This document shows positions 24,687 to 37,291 of a stretch of DNA of 64,000 nucleotides, piece after piece (within the stretch, counting starts at the first letter, position 1; each line of letters opens with the position of its first letter). The stretch covers positions 116,872,001 through 116,936,000 of the forward strand of contig NC_058373.1 of NCBI RefSeq assembly GCF_018350175.1, in the 5' to 3' direction. A program made the position numbers and the translations under genes. Source of the DNA: Felis catus (taxonomy: Eukaryota). The notes beneath the pieces were generated by a model. It was not told where the DNA came from. It saw nothing but the letters and a program-made list of their open reading frames with translations, and ran no database searches.

Positions 24687-24713
24687 AATAAAAATTTTAA
24701 AAAGTAAAATAAA
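24687..24713 (+). terminator. Proximal tandem poly(A) signals
   Basis: AATAAA at 24687-24692 and 24708-24713, followed by T/GT-rich sequence; a further AATAAA at 24903-24908. Confidence 0.6.
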
Positions 24714-26302
24714 AGTTTAACTGCTAAAATGTGAATGTCTTTATTTTTTTGCACAATATCTTTATCTGTTATGTATTTAAAAAAAAGAAAAAAAAAGTGG
24801 GCCTAGGCTGTCCTGGCCCATCTGCCTCTATTTCCATTAGCTCTGATCTATTTCAGGTAACCCAAGCTTTCCCTCCTTATCCTGACAAATGTCATTGCTC
24901 CTAATAAAGTTTTTAAAAGTTGTTTGTTTAGGGAGGGGGATTTCCTTACCTCTGTTCCTAAAACATCCGGGGAGGAAGGTGCTTTAAGAAAACGCCTGCC
25001 TCCCTTGAATGGCCTGTGCATGAGCTAGTGCCCTTGTCCCTATCTTAGCCTCTGTGGGCAGGTCAGGGTTACCGCCAGGTGCACCAGAGACCAGGCTCCT
25101 GCCTCGGGCCACGCCCCCTTCCTGTCCCGCATTGTGACGTAACTCCTCCCCTGCTTCCTTTCCCCAGGCAGATGGGCCCAGGTGTGTGCTTCTCGAAGCT
25201 GGACCCCTTTTTGTCTGGTGTGACCAAGTCCCACCAGCTTGGAGTCCGCCTCTCCACGGCTTCCTGGCTCCAAACGTTCATTGGGTTCAGAATTCCTCCA
25301 GACTAAAAACTCGTTTGCATTTTGGTCAAAAGTATAGTTTTTGTTCGAGGTGTTTATAAAGATGAAAATGTGGCAAAATTGGGCTCTTTGGCGCCCTCAA
25401 AATGACCATATTAATTAATTAATTAATCAATCCTCTCCAAAGCCAGATTTCACCAGTGTTTATAACTAGGGAAAGTGAATGTTAAAATGTTTCCTGCTTG
25501 CTTGTTAGGAGCAACGACTGTGATAACAGAATGGGCTTTGAAACCTGCATGTCCCAGTGTGCGATTTAAGCACGGCATTTGCTGAATCCCTTTGTGGCCG
25601 AAGGATTCCGCTGCAGAAATGACTTGATGTGCTCTTTGTCCTGTCTAGCGCTCTAGCCACTCTGGGGCCTCTGGTCATTGTTCCAAGGCTCCCAGTCCTG
25701 CAGACAGACAACGCTGGGCCCACCAGTGTTGAGGAACCCAGGGAGCCCCTGGTGGCCTTGTTCCCTGCCTTCATAAAATGTCACTCAGCTGACACCCGTG
25801 TCCCTTCAGTGGCAACTCTGATCTAGGGAAAGTTCCGCAACGTAGTGTCCTCTGTGTGGAAGCTCCCTGCCCCAAGTGATCTCAGCTCCTTCCTCCAACC
25901 CTGACAGGAATGGGATAGGTTTTCTCTCTTCTCCCCCCACCCCCTCCACCAGACTTTTATGCTACAGTTTCATTCATGATTGTGATTTTTTTCAAGGGAT
26001 TTTTTTTTTTTTCCTGGTGACATTTCCATCACGGAAAATAGGAAGATTTCGGAGTGCTTTGTAAAGATCTCAATTGTCTGTCTCTTTCTCTCTTTGACTT
26101 GTATGAAGGAGATTGTTACATTGCCTGATAATCTCTTTGTAAATGAGAAATACTGCTAACATCCAAGCATTCTGAAGTCTTGCTTATCCTGAGTTTTTAT
26201 TTTGTCTTTCATTTGTTTGGGAACTTGGGGCAAGCTATTTATTAGAGTTTTGCAACAGAGTTCTTGTTTGAAGCCTTTAAAGACTACTTGTAAAATTCAA
26301 AC

Positions 26303-26308
26303 AATAAA
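26303..26308 (+). terminator. Distal poly(A) signal
   Basis: AATAAA with upstream TGTA motifs and downstream ttttaaaacgctttggtattattgcttgaggttttt. Confidence 0.65.
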
Positions 26309-27479
26309 ATTCATTTTAAATGCTCTTTTAAAACGCTTTGGTATTATTGCTTGAGGTTTTTGCATTTCAAAGACCACCCAGTAACCCGTTGACCCTCCTT
26401 GCAACCAGTGTTTTCATCAGGCTCCCTTAACACTAAAGGATGATTCTTCCAAGTTTCTACCCCTCTTAGAATGTTAATAACCTTTTTTATTCTCTGTTCG
26501 TGGTTAGAGAATTCCTGATTTGGCTTCTCTGCTTATAATTTAATATTTGCAGAGCACTTTCTAATTAGTTCCTTCTTCATTATCCATGTGTGGATTTTCC
26601 ATGACAACACTGTCATTCCCAGAGACCAGCACATGTTTGGACGGCCTCGACCACACCACCCAAATCTGTGTGAGATGTTGTGTGCTCCGGGAATACAAAT
26701 GCCTGTTAATATCAGGCTGTACAAAATATAATTAGGAAAGTTAATCTGCTGAAAAAATCATAATGCATTCCAAAGCCAAATGGAACCAAATTTCTAAAAT
26801 CTACCACATCACTGTTCCTCTCCAGTGGTGCAGCTAATTGAGAACTGACAGAGTTCCTTCCTTTTATTTGGTTCAACAATTCTACAATTTCTAGAATTAC
26901 AAGACAGGGTAAGACTGGATGCCCCCAGACACTCTGATTCGCAAGCTAAAAGGGTCTGTTTAGACCATGATTCTTACCTGATGGGAAGGGCTTGGACGTG
27001 GGTTGAGAGTCCCCGGGAGAAGGTGCCATTAGCCCGCGTTGAGGGAGGGTCTTCGTGCACGAGCTGACTGGCGGGGCCATTTGGTTGTGCTTCCTGTCTG
27101 CTGCCTGTAATCAACAGATGGGGCGGGGTTGGATTACTAACTCCTCAGATGGGGATACAACCGATAGTCCAAGGGCAAAGGAAATCGACCCAGTGTGCTT
27201 CGGCCATTTCTCTCTAGTTAAATGCAGAATGAGAACGAACCGTAGTCTCACCGTAGATTCCTGTCAGCAGCTTTGTGGTGCCACTTCCCCAGCGTGACCA
27301 AAGTTGATGTGAAAAGTGCAAGATGGCATACCTGGGCCAGAAACCCATGACCAGTGAAGACCTAGGTGCTGTTCACCACAAACTCTGCTACTCTAAAAGA
27401 ACGATCCCACGGGAATGTTGGATACTTCTGTGTGAATTACGCCACTCACGACCTATCCGTAAGGAGTTGTCACATGCTG

Positions 27480-27645
27480 ACAAACATTTGACTTCGACTG
27501 GGACGCGAGTCCCAACCGCTACACCGCAGCTGTGTCTGTGGGTAAGTTGACCTCATCTCTGAGTCTGGGTTCCTCATCTGGCAAAATAGTAACCGTGTGA
27601 TGTAGTTTGAAGGATTAAATGGAACCACCTGTTAAATAAAGCCAT
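27480..27645 (+). mobile_element. MIR relic
   Basis: MIR core-like aagttgacctcatctctgagtctgggttcctcatctggcaaaatag...gaaggattaaatg. Confidence 0.6.
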
Positions 27646-27829
27646 TGACTGGCAAATTTGAAGACACAACCTGTCTTCCATCTCCAGTATGTTAAGGCTC
27701 TGATGTTGTTTTTCTGGGAGAGTATCCTGAGGTGTTAATAGCAGGGTGGGATGGAAGAACCAGAATGAGCTTCCCCCCCCCACTCAGTTTCCTATCAGGT
27801 GCTTTCAACCCTTTGCCGTGTCTCTTAGA

Positions 27830-27980
27830 ACGGTGATTCTCGAATTCGAGCTTCCATCAGAATCACCTGGAGGTTTTTGTTAAAACACAGGTCACAGGGC
27901 AGCATCTCCAGGATCCATGAGTTAGCAGGTCTGGGGTGGGTACTCAGTGGTGTATTTTCTCCAAGTTCCCGGGTGATGAT
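27830..27980. mobile_element. MER5-like hAT-Charlie relic
   Basis: catcagaatcacctggagg...gttaaaacacag...gcaggtctggggtggg...caagttcccgggtgatg. Confidence 0.65.
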
Positions 27981-28202
27981 TTAAAAGCAGGCCTTTCAAA
28001 GAATAGGGGTAACAGGTGAACATCCGTATCCATTAATAGTTAAAAGAAACAGATGCTACAGTATAAGGCTCTTACGCCATATACCCGAGTGTTCTTTTGA
28101 TATGTTAGCCAACCACAGAGCACTTTGCAGGGGAAACAGGCTTAAACTATAGCTAAAGAGAGTTTAAAGACCATTTTTTTAAATTAAAACTTAGTAAGTT
28201 AA

Positions 28203-28425
28203 GGGGCGCCTGGGTGGCTTGGTCGGTTATGCGTCTGACTTCAGCCCAGGTCATGATCTCACGGTCCGTGAGTTTGAGCCCCGCGTCGGGCTCTGTGCTG
28301 ACAGCTCAGAGCCCGGAGCCTGTTTCAGATTCTGTGTCTCCCTCTCTCTCTGCCCCTCCCCTGTTCATGCTCTGTCTCTCTCTGTCTCAAAAATAAACGT
28401 TAAAAAAAATTTTTTTTTTTTTTTA
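28203..28425 (+). mobile_element. CAN-SINE
   Basis: GGGGCGCCTGGGTGGC head, (CT)n, AATAAA/A tail. Confidence 0.95.
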
Positions 28426-30414
28426 AATAAAAGTTGCATGAATCGTTCTGCCATTTGACTTTTAAATCCCTGTGTTAACTGGATGGTACAGGAGTGCCCT
28501 TATGCCCATTAAGGGGATGGAACTAGTTACCAGGTCAGCAAGGAGTGAACTGGGTCACCTTGGGGCGACTGGCAATTCGGATGGCAGTGCTACCTAGGAG
28601 AACAAGGCAGGGGAGAGCCAGGGAAGGGTACTGGGTCAGGCCCAGTGTGTGGGACCTGGGAGATGTGGTTCCAGCTGGGAGTGCTGGCTTCCACTCGCTG
28701 ACTTCCAAATTCAGCCCCGCCTGCTTACCCCGATCTCCTCCGACAACCTACCCAACCTCAAAGTTCTCAAGCGAGTTTTCGACTACCCTCATACCTGCCC
28801 CACCTGTTAAGAAACCTTTACCTAAATCCTCACGCCGCAGACCAGCCCATTTCCTCCAGTTCTGCCCGGAAAGGTGGGGGGAAGGGTTGCTTAGCCTCCA
28901 TACCCTTCAGATAAGCTGTAGCTCAGAGACTCGAAGAGCCTGGCGGTCCTTCCAGAGATGATCATTGCAACCTTGCTTGTACTGGCTCCTGTGCTGACCC
29001 TTCATCGTGCTCCTTCCCACAGATGTCCTGCCTCTCCCTGGGTTTCCCTCCGCACCCGGTCAGACTCGCCCTCCCGGCCCTCCAGCCTTGCAGATGCAGC
29101 ATTTCCTCCTGTCTTGCCTTCATGCGCCCCCGAGAGCTTTCACCTTCCCTTCCCTTCTACGCCTTCCCTTTCACCTTCCCTTCCCTTCTCCTTAACACCC
29201 CTTTGGCCAAGCCTGCCTTCAGTCCTGTGAGTGTGCAGAGCTCACATTTCTTTCCATTGCTGAACTCTAAATGAGCACCTCTCGCTGTGCTCCCTTACCC
29301 CTCCTTTGCCAGGCACAGCCCCGCCTTTAAACCTATGCAACTCGTTTCATCCTTCTCTTTGGACCTCTTGTGACCCATTGTCAACCTGAATGATCTCCCA
29401 AACAAAAGAACCCAAAGCTTTGGGTACCTTACTCTGCACCTTTAGACAAACGCTTTCCTTAAGGCATCTCGTCATGTGTTCCGGGGATGCATCTAGGATT
29501 CCTTTTCCTTAACCAAAGCGCTGTGTTATTTTAAATGAGCCTGTCTCCCTACGCGGCTTTTTTGGGTTATACATTTGTTAGCACACCCCCAGATCTCTAA
29601 TGAGGCCGCCCAACCACACCTCTCCTAGGCGTTTCTGTAATTCAGCCTGTAAGAAAAGCATCACAAGAGGGTATCCGCCGATAAAATCCAGGCTTCTTTG
29701 CAAAAGTGTAGATGGTTTGGGAGGGTGTGGGCTCTCCAGGTCAACACAGACACCTCCATCCCCTACAGCCTTCCACACTCCCAGCTCACTGTCCACATTT
29801 ATGTAACTGGCCCGGTAGGTAGGCATTTAAGTTGCAGTCTTCTGGATCCTATTGCCAAACCCAAGAGAGCCATATCCTTCACCAGCCCCAGCCCCCATCA
29901 TACACACACACTCCTATCCCACCCCACCCTCACCTTCCTGGGAGCAAAGACTCTTAGAAAAGACACTTAGGAAAGGAGTTCTATTCAAGTTCCAATAGCA
30001 AACTAGGAGTGACTAACACAGGTGCCTGGAGGTGGCCTTTCAGTCACCTATCTTACTGGGGAGGTAGGACAGAGTTGTAACTTGACCTAGTAATTATTCT
30101 AAAGAGCTTAAGGGTATTTGAAAAGAGTTACTTTTTGTAGGCTGCTTAAATGTTGTTCTGCAATCTGAAAACAATGAATATGCTCAGCAGACTTTGGTTT
30201 TAGTTGGTACAAAGATAAACTCGCCCAACATAGGTACCTTTCAAATCAAGGTGGCTATGCCTATTACAACATGCTCTGTAAATGCAGTCTAGCTTAATAC
30301 TAAAGAGTCCAGCTGGAGTAGAAGCGAGGACGTCATTTACAGGCACTGGGGATAGACAATTCTACCTCCAAAAAGAAAAGATCTGGTGCAGGGTAGGAGG
30401 GGTGGGGGGTACGG

Positions 30415-30845
30415 AGTTACTGACCACCGTTTTTAAGTATTTGACATGTCATTGTATGAAGGAGAAACCACCAACCAGCCTTGATGTCTGTAGTTCTAGA
30501 GGCAAAAATGGAACCAATGGATGCCTGTTGTAGGAAACAGATTTTGTCTCTGAGATAGCTGATCGATGGTGACTGGGTGGCTTCCTGGAAGCCAAGAATT
30601 AGGAGTTAGAGTAGGAACCGCTTTGTGAAGATGCCATCCCTTCATCTTTTCTAGTGGACTCTTGCCTTCTTTAAATAAACTTGGAGGCATGAGCCACAGA
30701 CTCGGGATGGAAGGAGACCATCCTCTCAAGATAGGCAGTTCTGCCTCCCAGCCCTGACGGGGTTGGATCTCCTTTTCGTTGTCCAGCCCCCTGAGCGTGA
30801 GCACATCCGGTGAGGAGGAACTCACTACTTCCTGGGGCAACACAC
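30415..30845. mobile_element. Ancient CR1/L3-like fragments
   Basis: gaaccaatggatg...gtaggaaacagatttt on + and ccccaggaagtagtgagttcctc on -; highly diverged. Confidence 0.35.
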
Positions 30846-31129
30846 TGTACCTTTCTGTGTCCTTTTTCAGTCACTCCAGTTATTTAGGGAAAATCCATTT
30901 CCCTTTAATTTTTGTAACTACTCCCAGTCCCCACCATTCCAAGTTACACAGACATGAATTTCTCTCCCCCAGTAGTAACCACCAGTATTTTGGAAAACAT
31001 CAAGTGTTCTCAAGGTTATTTATTCCCTTGGGACAAAAACTCCCTACTCTCTCAACTTTTCCTCCTGTGTCATGGACTCCAGCCCCTTTCCCACAATAAT
31101 ATAATCACATGTAACATGAATTAAGGACA

Positions 31130-31330
31130 CAAATGCTCCGTGTGCATTAGCCCATTGAGTACTCACAACGGCCCTGTGAGGTAGGGCTAGGATTGTCCCT
31201 ATTCTACCAAACAAGACTGAGGCCTAGAGAGGTCAAATCATTTATTACACTAGAGTAGCTGGTGAGTGGTAGAACCGAGATTCAGATCCACACTTCGGAT
31301 TCCAGAGCCAGTATTCATTTAATCTGTATT
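31130..31330 (-). mobile_element. MIR relic
   Basis: ctcacaacggccctgtgaggtagg...actgaggcctagagaggtcaaatca...gtggtagaaccgagattcagatcc. Confidence 0.65.
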
Positions 31331-31783
31331 TTCTCAGTCCTGGCCCAGAGGACTCCTGGTCCTCTGGGGCCTATGCTTGGTCGCATAGATCCTTGCTGAA
31401 GGGACCTAGCCAGTGAGCATCATGGTCACCAGGTCGTAAATGGGGTGGGGCTGGGAGCCATCGAAGACAAGTAAAAGTGTATCTAAAGGCCAGAAGATTA
31501 GAGGAAACTACCTCTATGGGGGGCCCTTAACAGAGAGGGACTCGGAAGTGCTTCAACATCTCTCTCATACAAAATAGATGTCCTCCCTGCAAATTTCAAC
31601 TCTAGAAGACATCTCTGTCCAATCCTGGGCCAAAGCTAGAAGTAAAAGAATCTTTGAGAAGCCGGAGTCAATGGTTCCTAGACATCAGCACCACCTGGAG
31701 AAGTTGTTGGATTCCTATTCTGTGGCTATGGGCTGAGAGTTTGGTATTCATAGGTCTGGGGTGGAGCCGTGGAATCTTCATTT

Positions 31784-32000
31784 AAAAAAAGTTTTTTTTT
31801 AATGTTTATTTTTGAGAGAGAGAGAGAGAGACAACGTGCAAGTTGGGGGTGGGGGCAGAGAGAGGGAGACAGAATCTGAAGCAGGCTCCAGGTTCTGAGC
31901 TGTCAGCACAGAGCCCCACGCGGGGCCCAAACTCATGGACCGCGAGATCATGACCTGAGCCGAAGTCAGACGCTCAACCGACTGAACCACCCAGGCGCCC
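31784..32000 (-). mobile_element. CAN-SINE inserted in a MER5-like relic (~31670-32075)
   Basis: SINE body on - strand; TSD gaatcttcattt on both sides; flanks resemble MER5. Confidence 0.9.
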
Positions 32001-32842
32001 GAGAATCTTCATTTTAATAAGCATACCAAGTGTTTACACATGGATGATTCCTGAATCAGCTTCTTTGAGAAACTCCACCCTAAACTTTCTCCCCCAGCCC
32101 TTTTTTTTTTCCCACCCCAAGCTTTCAAAAGTCCCTGGCCAGCTCTTCTGAGCCAGCAGGGAGCAGCAAGTTAAGGCAAGGTGTCACAGGTTTGAGATAC
32201 CTGGTACTTTGCTGCTTCTCACCAGGGGAGAATGGCCAGCTGAGCCCAGCTGGCCAGGCAGGATTCTCAGGAGAGAAGGGTAGAGTTACCCTTTACCCGA
32301 CTCTACACCAAGGGTCTCCTTTTTGAACCAAGAGGCATTTGCATCATGAAGTCAGTTAAAATCTGTTTCAAAACCAACGTCTAAATGTTGTACAGAATGC
32401 TCATCTCTCCTTAGGGTTAAGCGACAACAATATTAGTTTTACACTCTGGTCTAATCAGATCTCATTGCTGATGTTGCTGTGATAATCCTGCTTCCGGTTC
32501 TGTATCCTTATCAATGAGCAGACAGGAGCCATAGATTGGTCCCTGTTTACAGCCATCAAAAGACAAAGAGGCTTCTGGTTTATACCTCGAAGGCCATCGA
32601 TCGGAAAACTGTGCCCGAGGTCCTCGCAGTCCGTTTGCTAAAGCAACGGACTGAGAGAAACAGAACCAGCCCGGCTCCCAGTGTAAACCCGGGCAAAATC
32701 CGGAACGCGTCCTGACCCGCGCACCTGGGATGGGCAGGGGCAGTGTTGCTGGTCAGGACGTCCTCCTCTATCCAGCGTTCTGGTTCTCAATGGCCATCTA
32801 GGCTACTTCATACTTACTTAACACAACTACCACTTTGTTATA

Positions 32843-35771
32843 CAGGCACACCTCATTTTATTGTTTATTGCACTCTGCAGATATCGTTTTTTGTTTTTGT
32901 TTTTGTGTTTTACAAACTAAAGGTCGGCGGCAACCCTGCACTGAGCATGTCTATCAGCCCATTTTTCCAGTAGCATTTGCTCATTTCGTGTCTCTCCGTC
33001 ACATTTTGGTAATTCTCACAATATTTCAAACGGTTTCATTATTATTATACTTATGACGCTGATCTGTGGTCAGTAATCATTGATGTCACTATGGTAATTG
33101 CTTTTTGGTGCCATAAACTGTGCCTCTAGAAGACGGTGAACTTAGCAAACGTTGTGTGTGTTCTGACTGCTCCATTGACCAGCCGGTCCCCCGTCTCTCT
33201 CCCTCTCCCTCTCCTCAGGCCTCCATGTTCCCTGAGATACAGAAATACTGAAATTAGGCCAATTAACAACCCTGCAACGGCCTCTGAGTTTGCAAGTAAA
33301 AGGAAGAGACGCAGGTTTTAAATCATTTTAAATCAAAAGCTAGGAACAGTTAAACTCAGCGAGGAAGGCGTGTGGAAAGCTGAGACGGGCCAAAAGCCAG
33401 GCCTCCCACACCAAACGGTTAGCCAAGTCGTGAACTCAAGGAAAACGTTCGTGAAGGAAATGAAAAGTGCTGCTCCCGGGAACACACGGTTAGAAAGGGA
33501 CACAGCCTTCTTGCTGATGTGGAGAAAGTTCGAATGGTCTGCGCAGAAGATCAAACCAGCCACAACATCCCCTTAAGCCAAAGCCTAATCCAGAGCAAGG
33601 CCCTGACCCTCCAATTCTGTGAAGGCCGAGAGAGGTGAAGAAGTTTCAGAAAAGTCTGAAGCCAGCAGAAGTCGGTTCATGAGGTTTAAGGAAAGAAACT
33701 GCCGCCATAACACCAAACCACAAGGCGAGGCGGCAAGTGCCGATGCAGAAGCTGCAGCAAGTTCTCCCAAAAATCCAGCGAAGATGATTCAGGAAGGTGG
33801 CTCCACTGACCAACAGATTTGCAGTGTGGACGAAACAGCCTTCTATTGGAAGAAGCAGCCATCCAGGGCTTTCATAGCTAGAGAGAAGTCAGTGCCTGGT
33901 TACAAAGCTTCGAAGGCCAGGCCGATTCTCTTCGTAGGGGCTAAGACAGCTGGTGACTTTCCGTTGAAGCCAGACCGCACTGACCATTCCGAAAATCCCA
34001 GGGCCGTTCGGAACGATGCTACATTTACCCTGCCTGTGCTCTAGGGATGAAACAGGAAAGCCTTAACGACACACATCTGTCGACAACATGGTTCACTGAG
34101 TATTTTAAGCCCACTGTCGAGACAGTGCTCAGAAAAGAAAGAATCCTTTCAAAATACTGCTGCCCATTCATTAATAATACACCTGACCACCCAGGAGGCT
34201 CGGATGGAGATTTAGAATGAGATAATGTTGCTTTCAGGTCTGCTAACACAACATCTGTTCTGCGGCCCACAGATCAAGGAGTAATTTTGACTTTCAAGGC
34301 TTATTATTAAAGAAATACATCTCATAAGGATATAGTGATTTCATAGATAGTAACTCGTCTGATGGATCTGGGCAAAGCAAATTGAAAAACTTCTGGAAAG
34401 GATTTACCATTCGATATGGCATTAGGGACATTCACGATTCCTGTGGAAAACAGGATGGAGGTTCCTCAAAAAATTAAAAACAGAAATGCCATAGGATCCA
34501 GTAACTTCACTACTGGGTGTTTACCCAAAGAAAACAAAAACACTAATTCAAAAAGATGTATGCACTCCCATGTTTACCTGCAGCATTATTTACAATAGGC
34601 AAGATACTGACACAACTCGAGTGTCCATTCATAGATGAATGGATAAGATCCATTGATTCCATACAATGGAATCTTAGTCATAAAAAAAAGGGAATGAAAT
34701 CTTGCCATTTGCAACATGGGTATAATGCTCAGTGAATATGATTTCACTCATATGTGGAATTTAACAAACAAAACAAATGCACAAAGAAAGAAAAAGACAA
34801 AAAGACTCTTAAATATAGAGAACAAAGTGGTAGTTACCCGAGGGGAGGGAGGTGGGAGGGATGAGTGAAATAAGGGGATTAAGAGTGCACTAATCATGAT
34901 GAGCACGAATCACGATGAGTAACATATAGAATTGGTGAATGGCTATATCGTATGCTTGAAACTAATTAACTGTATGTTAACTACACTGGAATCAAAGAAA
35001 AAAAAAAAGAACATTCATGATTCATAGGAAGAGGTCAAAATATCAATGTCAACCGGATGTTGGAAGTGGATTCCAACTCTCCTGGATGACTTGGAGGGGT
35101 TCGAGCCCTCGGTCGAGGAAGTCACTGCGGAGGTGGTAGAAATAGCAGTGGAGCCTGAAGACGGGACTGAATTGCTATGATCTCAGGATAAAGCCCGAGC
35201 GGATGAGCAAAGAAAGGGGTTTCTTGGTATGGAAACTAGTCCTGGTGAAGATGCTGCGAAGGCTGTGGAAGTGACAGCAAAGGATTTAGAACAGCTCATC
35301 AACTTAAGCTGACCAAGCAGCAGCCGGATCTGAGCGAACGACTCCAATTTTGAAAGAAGGTCCGCTGTTGGTAAAACGCTATCAAACGACATCACATGCT
35401 ACAGAGAAATTGTTGATGAAGGGAAGGGTGAGCTGATGTGGCAAACTTTTCCGCGGTCTGATTTTAGGAAATTCCCAAGCCATCGCCCTCATCCGTCAGT
35501 AGCCATCCGCACTGAGGCACGACCCTCCGCCAGCAAAGAGAGGACAACTCACTGAAAGCTCGGATGATGGCTAGCATTTTTTAGTAATAAAGTATTTCTC
35601 AATTAAGGTATATACATTGGTATTTTTTAGGCATAATGCTATTGCACATTTAATAGACTATGGTGTAGTATAAATATAACTTTTCCTGGCAAACATAACT
35701 TTTATATGCATGTGACTTGCTTTATGGCAGCGGTCTGGAACCAAATCTGCAAGATCACCAGTGTAAACCTG
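32843..35771 (+). mobile_element. Full-length Tigger1 DNA transposon (decayed), interrupted by an L1 3' fragment
   Basis: TA|CAGGCACACCTCATTTTATTG left end and ...GGTCTGGAACCAAATCTGCAAGATCACCAGTGTAAACCTG right end; transposase remnants (SRFMRFKER, SVDETAFYWKKQPSRAFIAREK). Confidence 0.92.
34441..35006 (+). mobile_element. 5'-truncated L1 3' end inside Tigger1
   Basis: L1 3' UTR with A tail; diverged 17-bp TSD agggacattcacgattc (34424-34440) / aagaacattcatgattc (35007-35023). Confidence 0.9.
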
Positions 35772-36165
35772 TGGAAAAATCCACAGGAATTTCGGCAGGG
35801 CTCAGCTGGGTGATTCTTACGCTCCATGTCGTATTAACTGCAGTGACTGAGTGGCATTCAGCGGGGCTGGTTTAGAGGTCCAAGATGGCTTTACTCACAT
35901 TCTTGGCCCCTCAGCAGTGCCCCTTCCCCCCTCTATATGGTCTCAGACCCTTTCCATGTGCTCCAACGGTGCAGTTGGGCTTCTAACGTGATATTCAAGG
36001 CTCCAAGAGACCAACGTGGAAGCTGCCAGTCCTCTGAAAAACTAGGTCCAGAAATGCCATCTATCACTTCCCCATGTTTTTTCAAGTCAAGAGTTAAGGG
36101 GAGGGGAAACAGACCCCACTTCCCAAGGAGGGGCTTGTCAATAGGCATCATCTTGAATCTCCCAT
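35772..36165 (-). mobile_element. MLT1-like MaLR LTR relic
   Basis: caggaatttcggcagggctcagctggg...tccaagatggctttactcaca...ggaagctgccagtcc...acagaccccactt resembles MLT1 in reverse orientation. Confidence 0.6.
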
Positions 36166-36648
36166 AGCTGGCCTCTTCTCTGGTTCCCATGTGATCATTC
36201 CCTCTCACAATCTTCACTGAGACTAGAATACGAGGTTCTAGTTCAAGATGGTGATGTGGGAGGATCCTGAACTCACCTCCTCCCACAGACACTAAATCTA
36301 CAGCTACATATGGAACAATTTCCTCTGGGAAAAAAACCCCAAACGAGCTAAGTGACTCTTACACACTGATGTAGGTTTTTTCCTCATTTGCCCAAAGTGG
36401 GAAGGAGAGGCTGAGACACAGTCTCGTCATAAACCCCACCTCTGATGTGTGACCCACAATTGGGAGAGAACACATAAACCATAGAACACATAAACCTGAG
36501 GAGGAAAAGGTTTATACCCCACTTGTAGCACCTGAACTTTTAAGACCTGCATCCTGAGAGTCAAGCCCCCCAAATATCCACCTTAGAAGCCAACGGGGCG
36601 TGCATCCGTGAGACCCACACAGCTATAGCAAACAGAGAAACAGTTCTT

Positions 36649-36684
36649 TTTTGTTGTTTTTCATTTTTTAAGTGTCCATTTATT

Positions 36685-36729
<45 letters not shown>

Positions 36730-36873
36730 CAGAGAGAGAGGGAGACACAGGGTCGAAGCAGGCTCCAGGCTCTGAGCTGTCAGCACAGAGACCCATGTGA
36801 CTCTGAACCCACAGTGAGATCGTGACCTGAGCTGAAGTGGGTCGCTTAACCCATCGAGCTGCCCAGGTGCCCC
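36649..36873 (-). mobile_element. CAN-SINE in L1 5' UTR
   Basis: SINE body with long (GA)n; TSD acagagaaacagttctt. Confidence 0.93.
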
Positions 36874-37075
36874 ACAGAGAAACAGTTCTTTTTTTTTTTT
36901 TTAATTTTTAATTTTTTTTTTTTTTGAGAAATAGTTCTTAAAGGGCTCACACGTGCAGACTCTCCCCCCCCCCCCCCCCCAGAACCCAGGGTAGAGGCAG
37001 AGGCTTGTGTGCTTAACTTAAAGTGTTAGCCTGAGGACCAGGCGTCTAATTAAACATACATCTAAAGGGTTACTT

Positions 37076-37291
37076 GGGGCGCCTCTGTGGCTCAGTCGGT
37101 TGAGCGACCCACTTCAGCTCAGGTCATGACCTCACGGTTTGGGGGTTCGAGCCCCCGCACCGGGCTCTGTGCTGACAGCTCGGAGCCTGGATCCTGCTTC
37201 GGATTCTGTGTCTCCCTGTCTTTCTGCCCCTCTGCAGCTGGCGTTCTGTCTCCCTCTGTCTCAAAAATAAATGAATATTTAAAAAAAAATG
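37076..37291 (+). mobile_element. CAN-SINE in L1 5' UTR
   Basis: GGGGCGCCTCTGTGGCTCAGTCGG head and A tail. Confidence 0.93.

Larger units (their letters stand above)
24482..26325 (+). other. SIPA1L1: SIPA1L1 3' UTR (long form; end approximate)
   Basis: Sequence after the stop codon with no recognised interspersed repeats, ending near AATAAA 26303-26308, which has upstream TGTA and downstream T/GT-rich elements. Confidence 0.65.

Noticed and set aside
28203..28290. tRNA genes
   Set aside because: The tRNA-like A/B box sequences are CAN-SINE heads followed by (CT)n and A tails.
33136..34270. Domesticated TIGD/CENP-B-like gene from Tigger1 (or from Tigger2 at ~13.2-15 kb)
   Set aside because: The transposase frames are broken by multiple stops and frameshifts.
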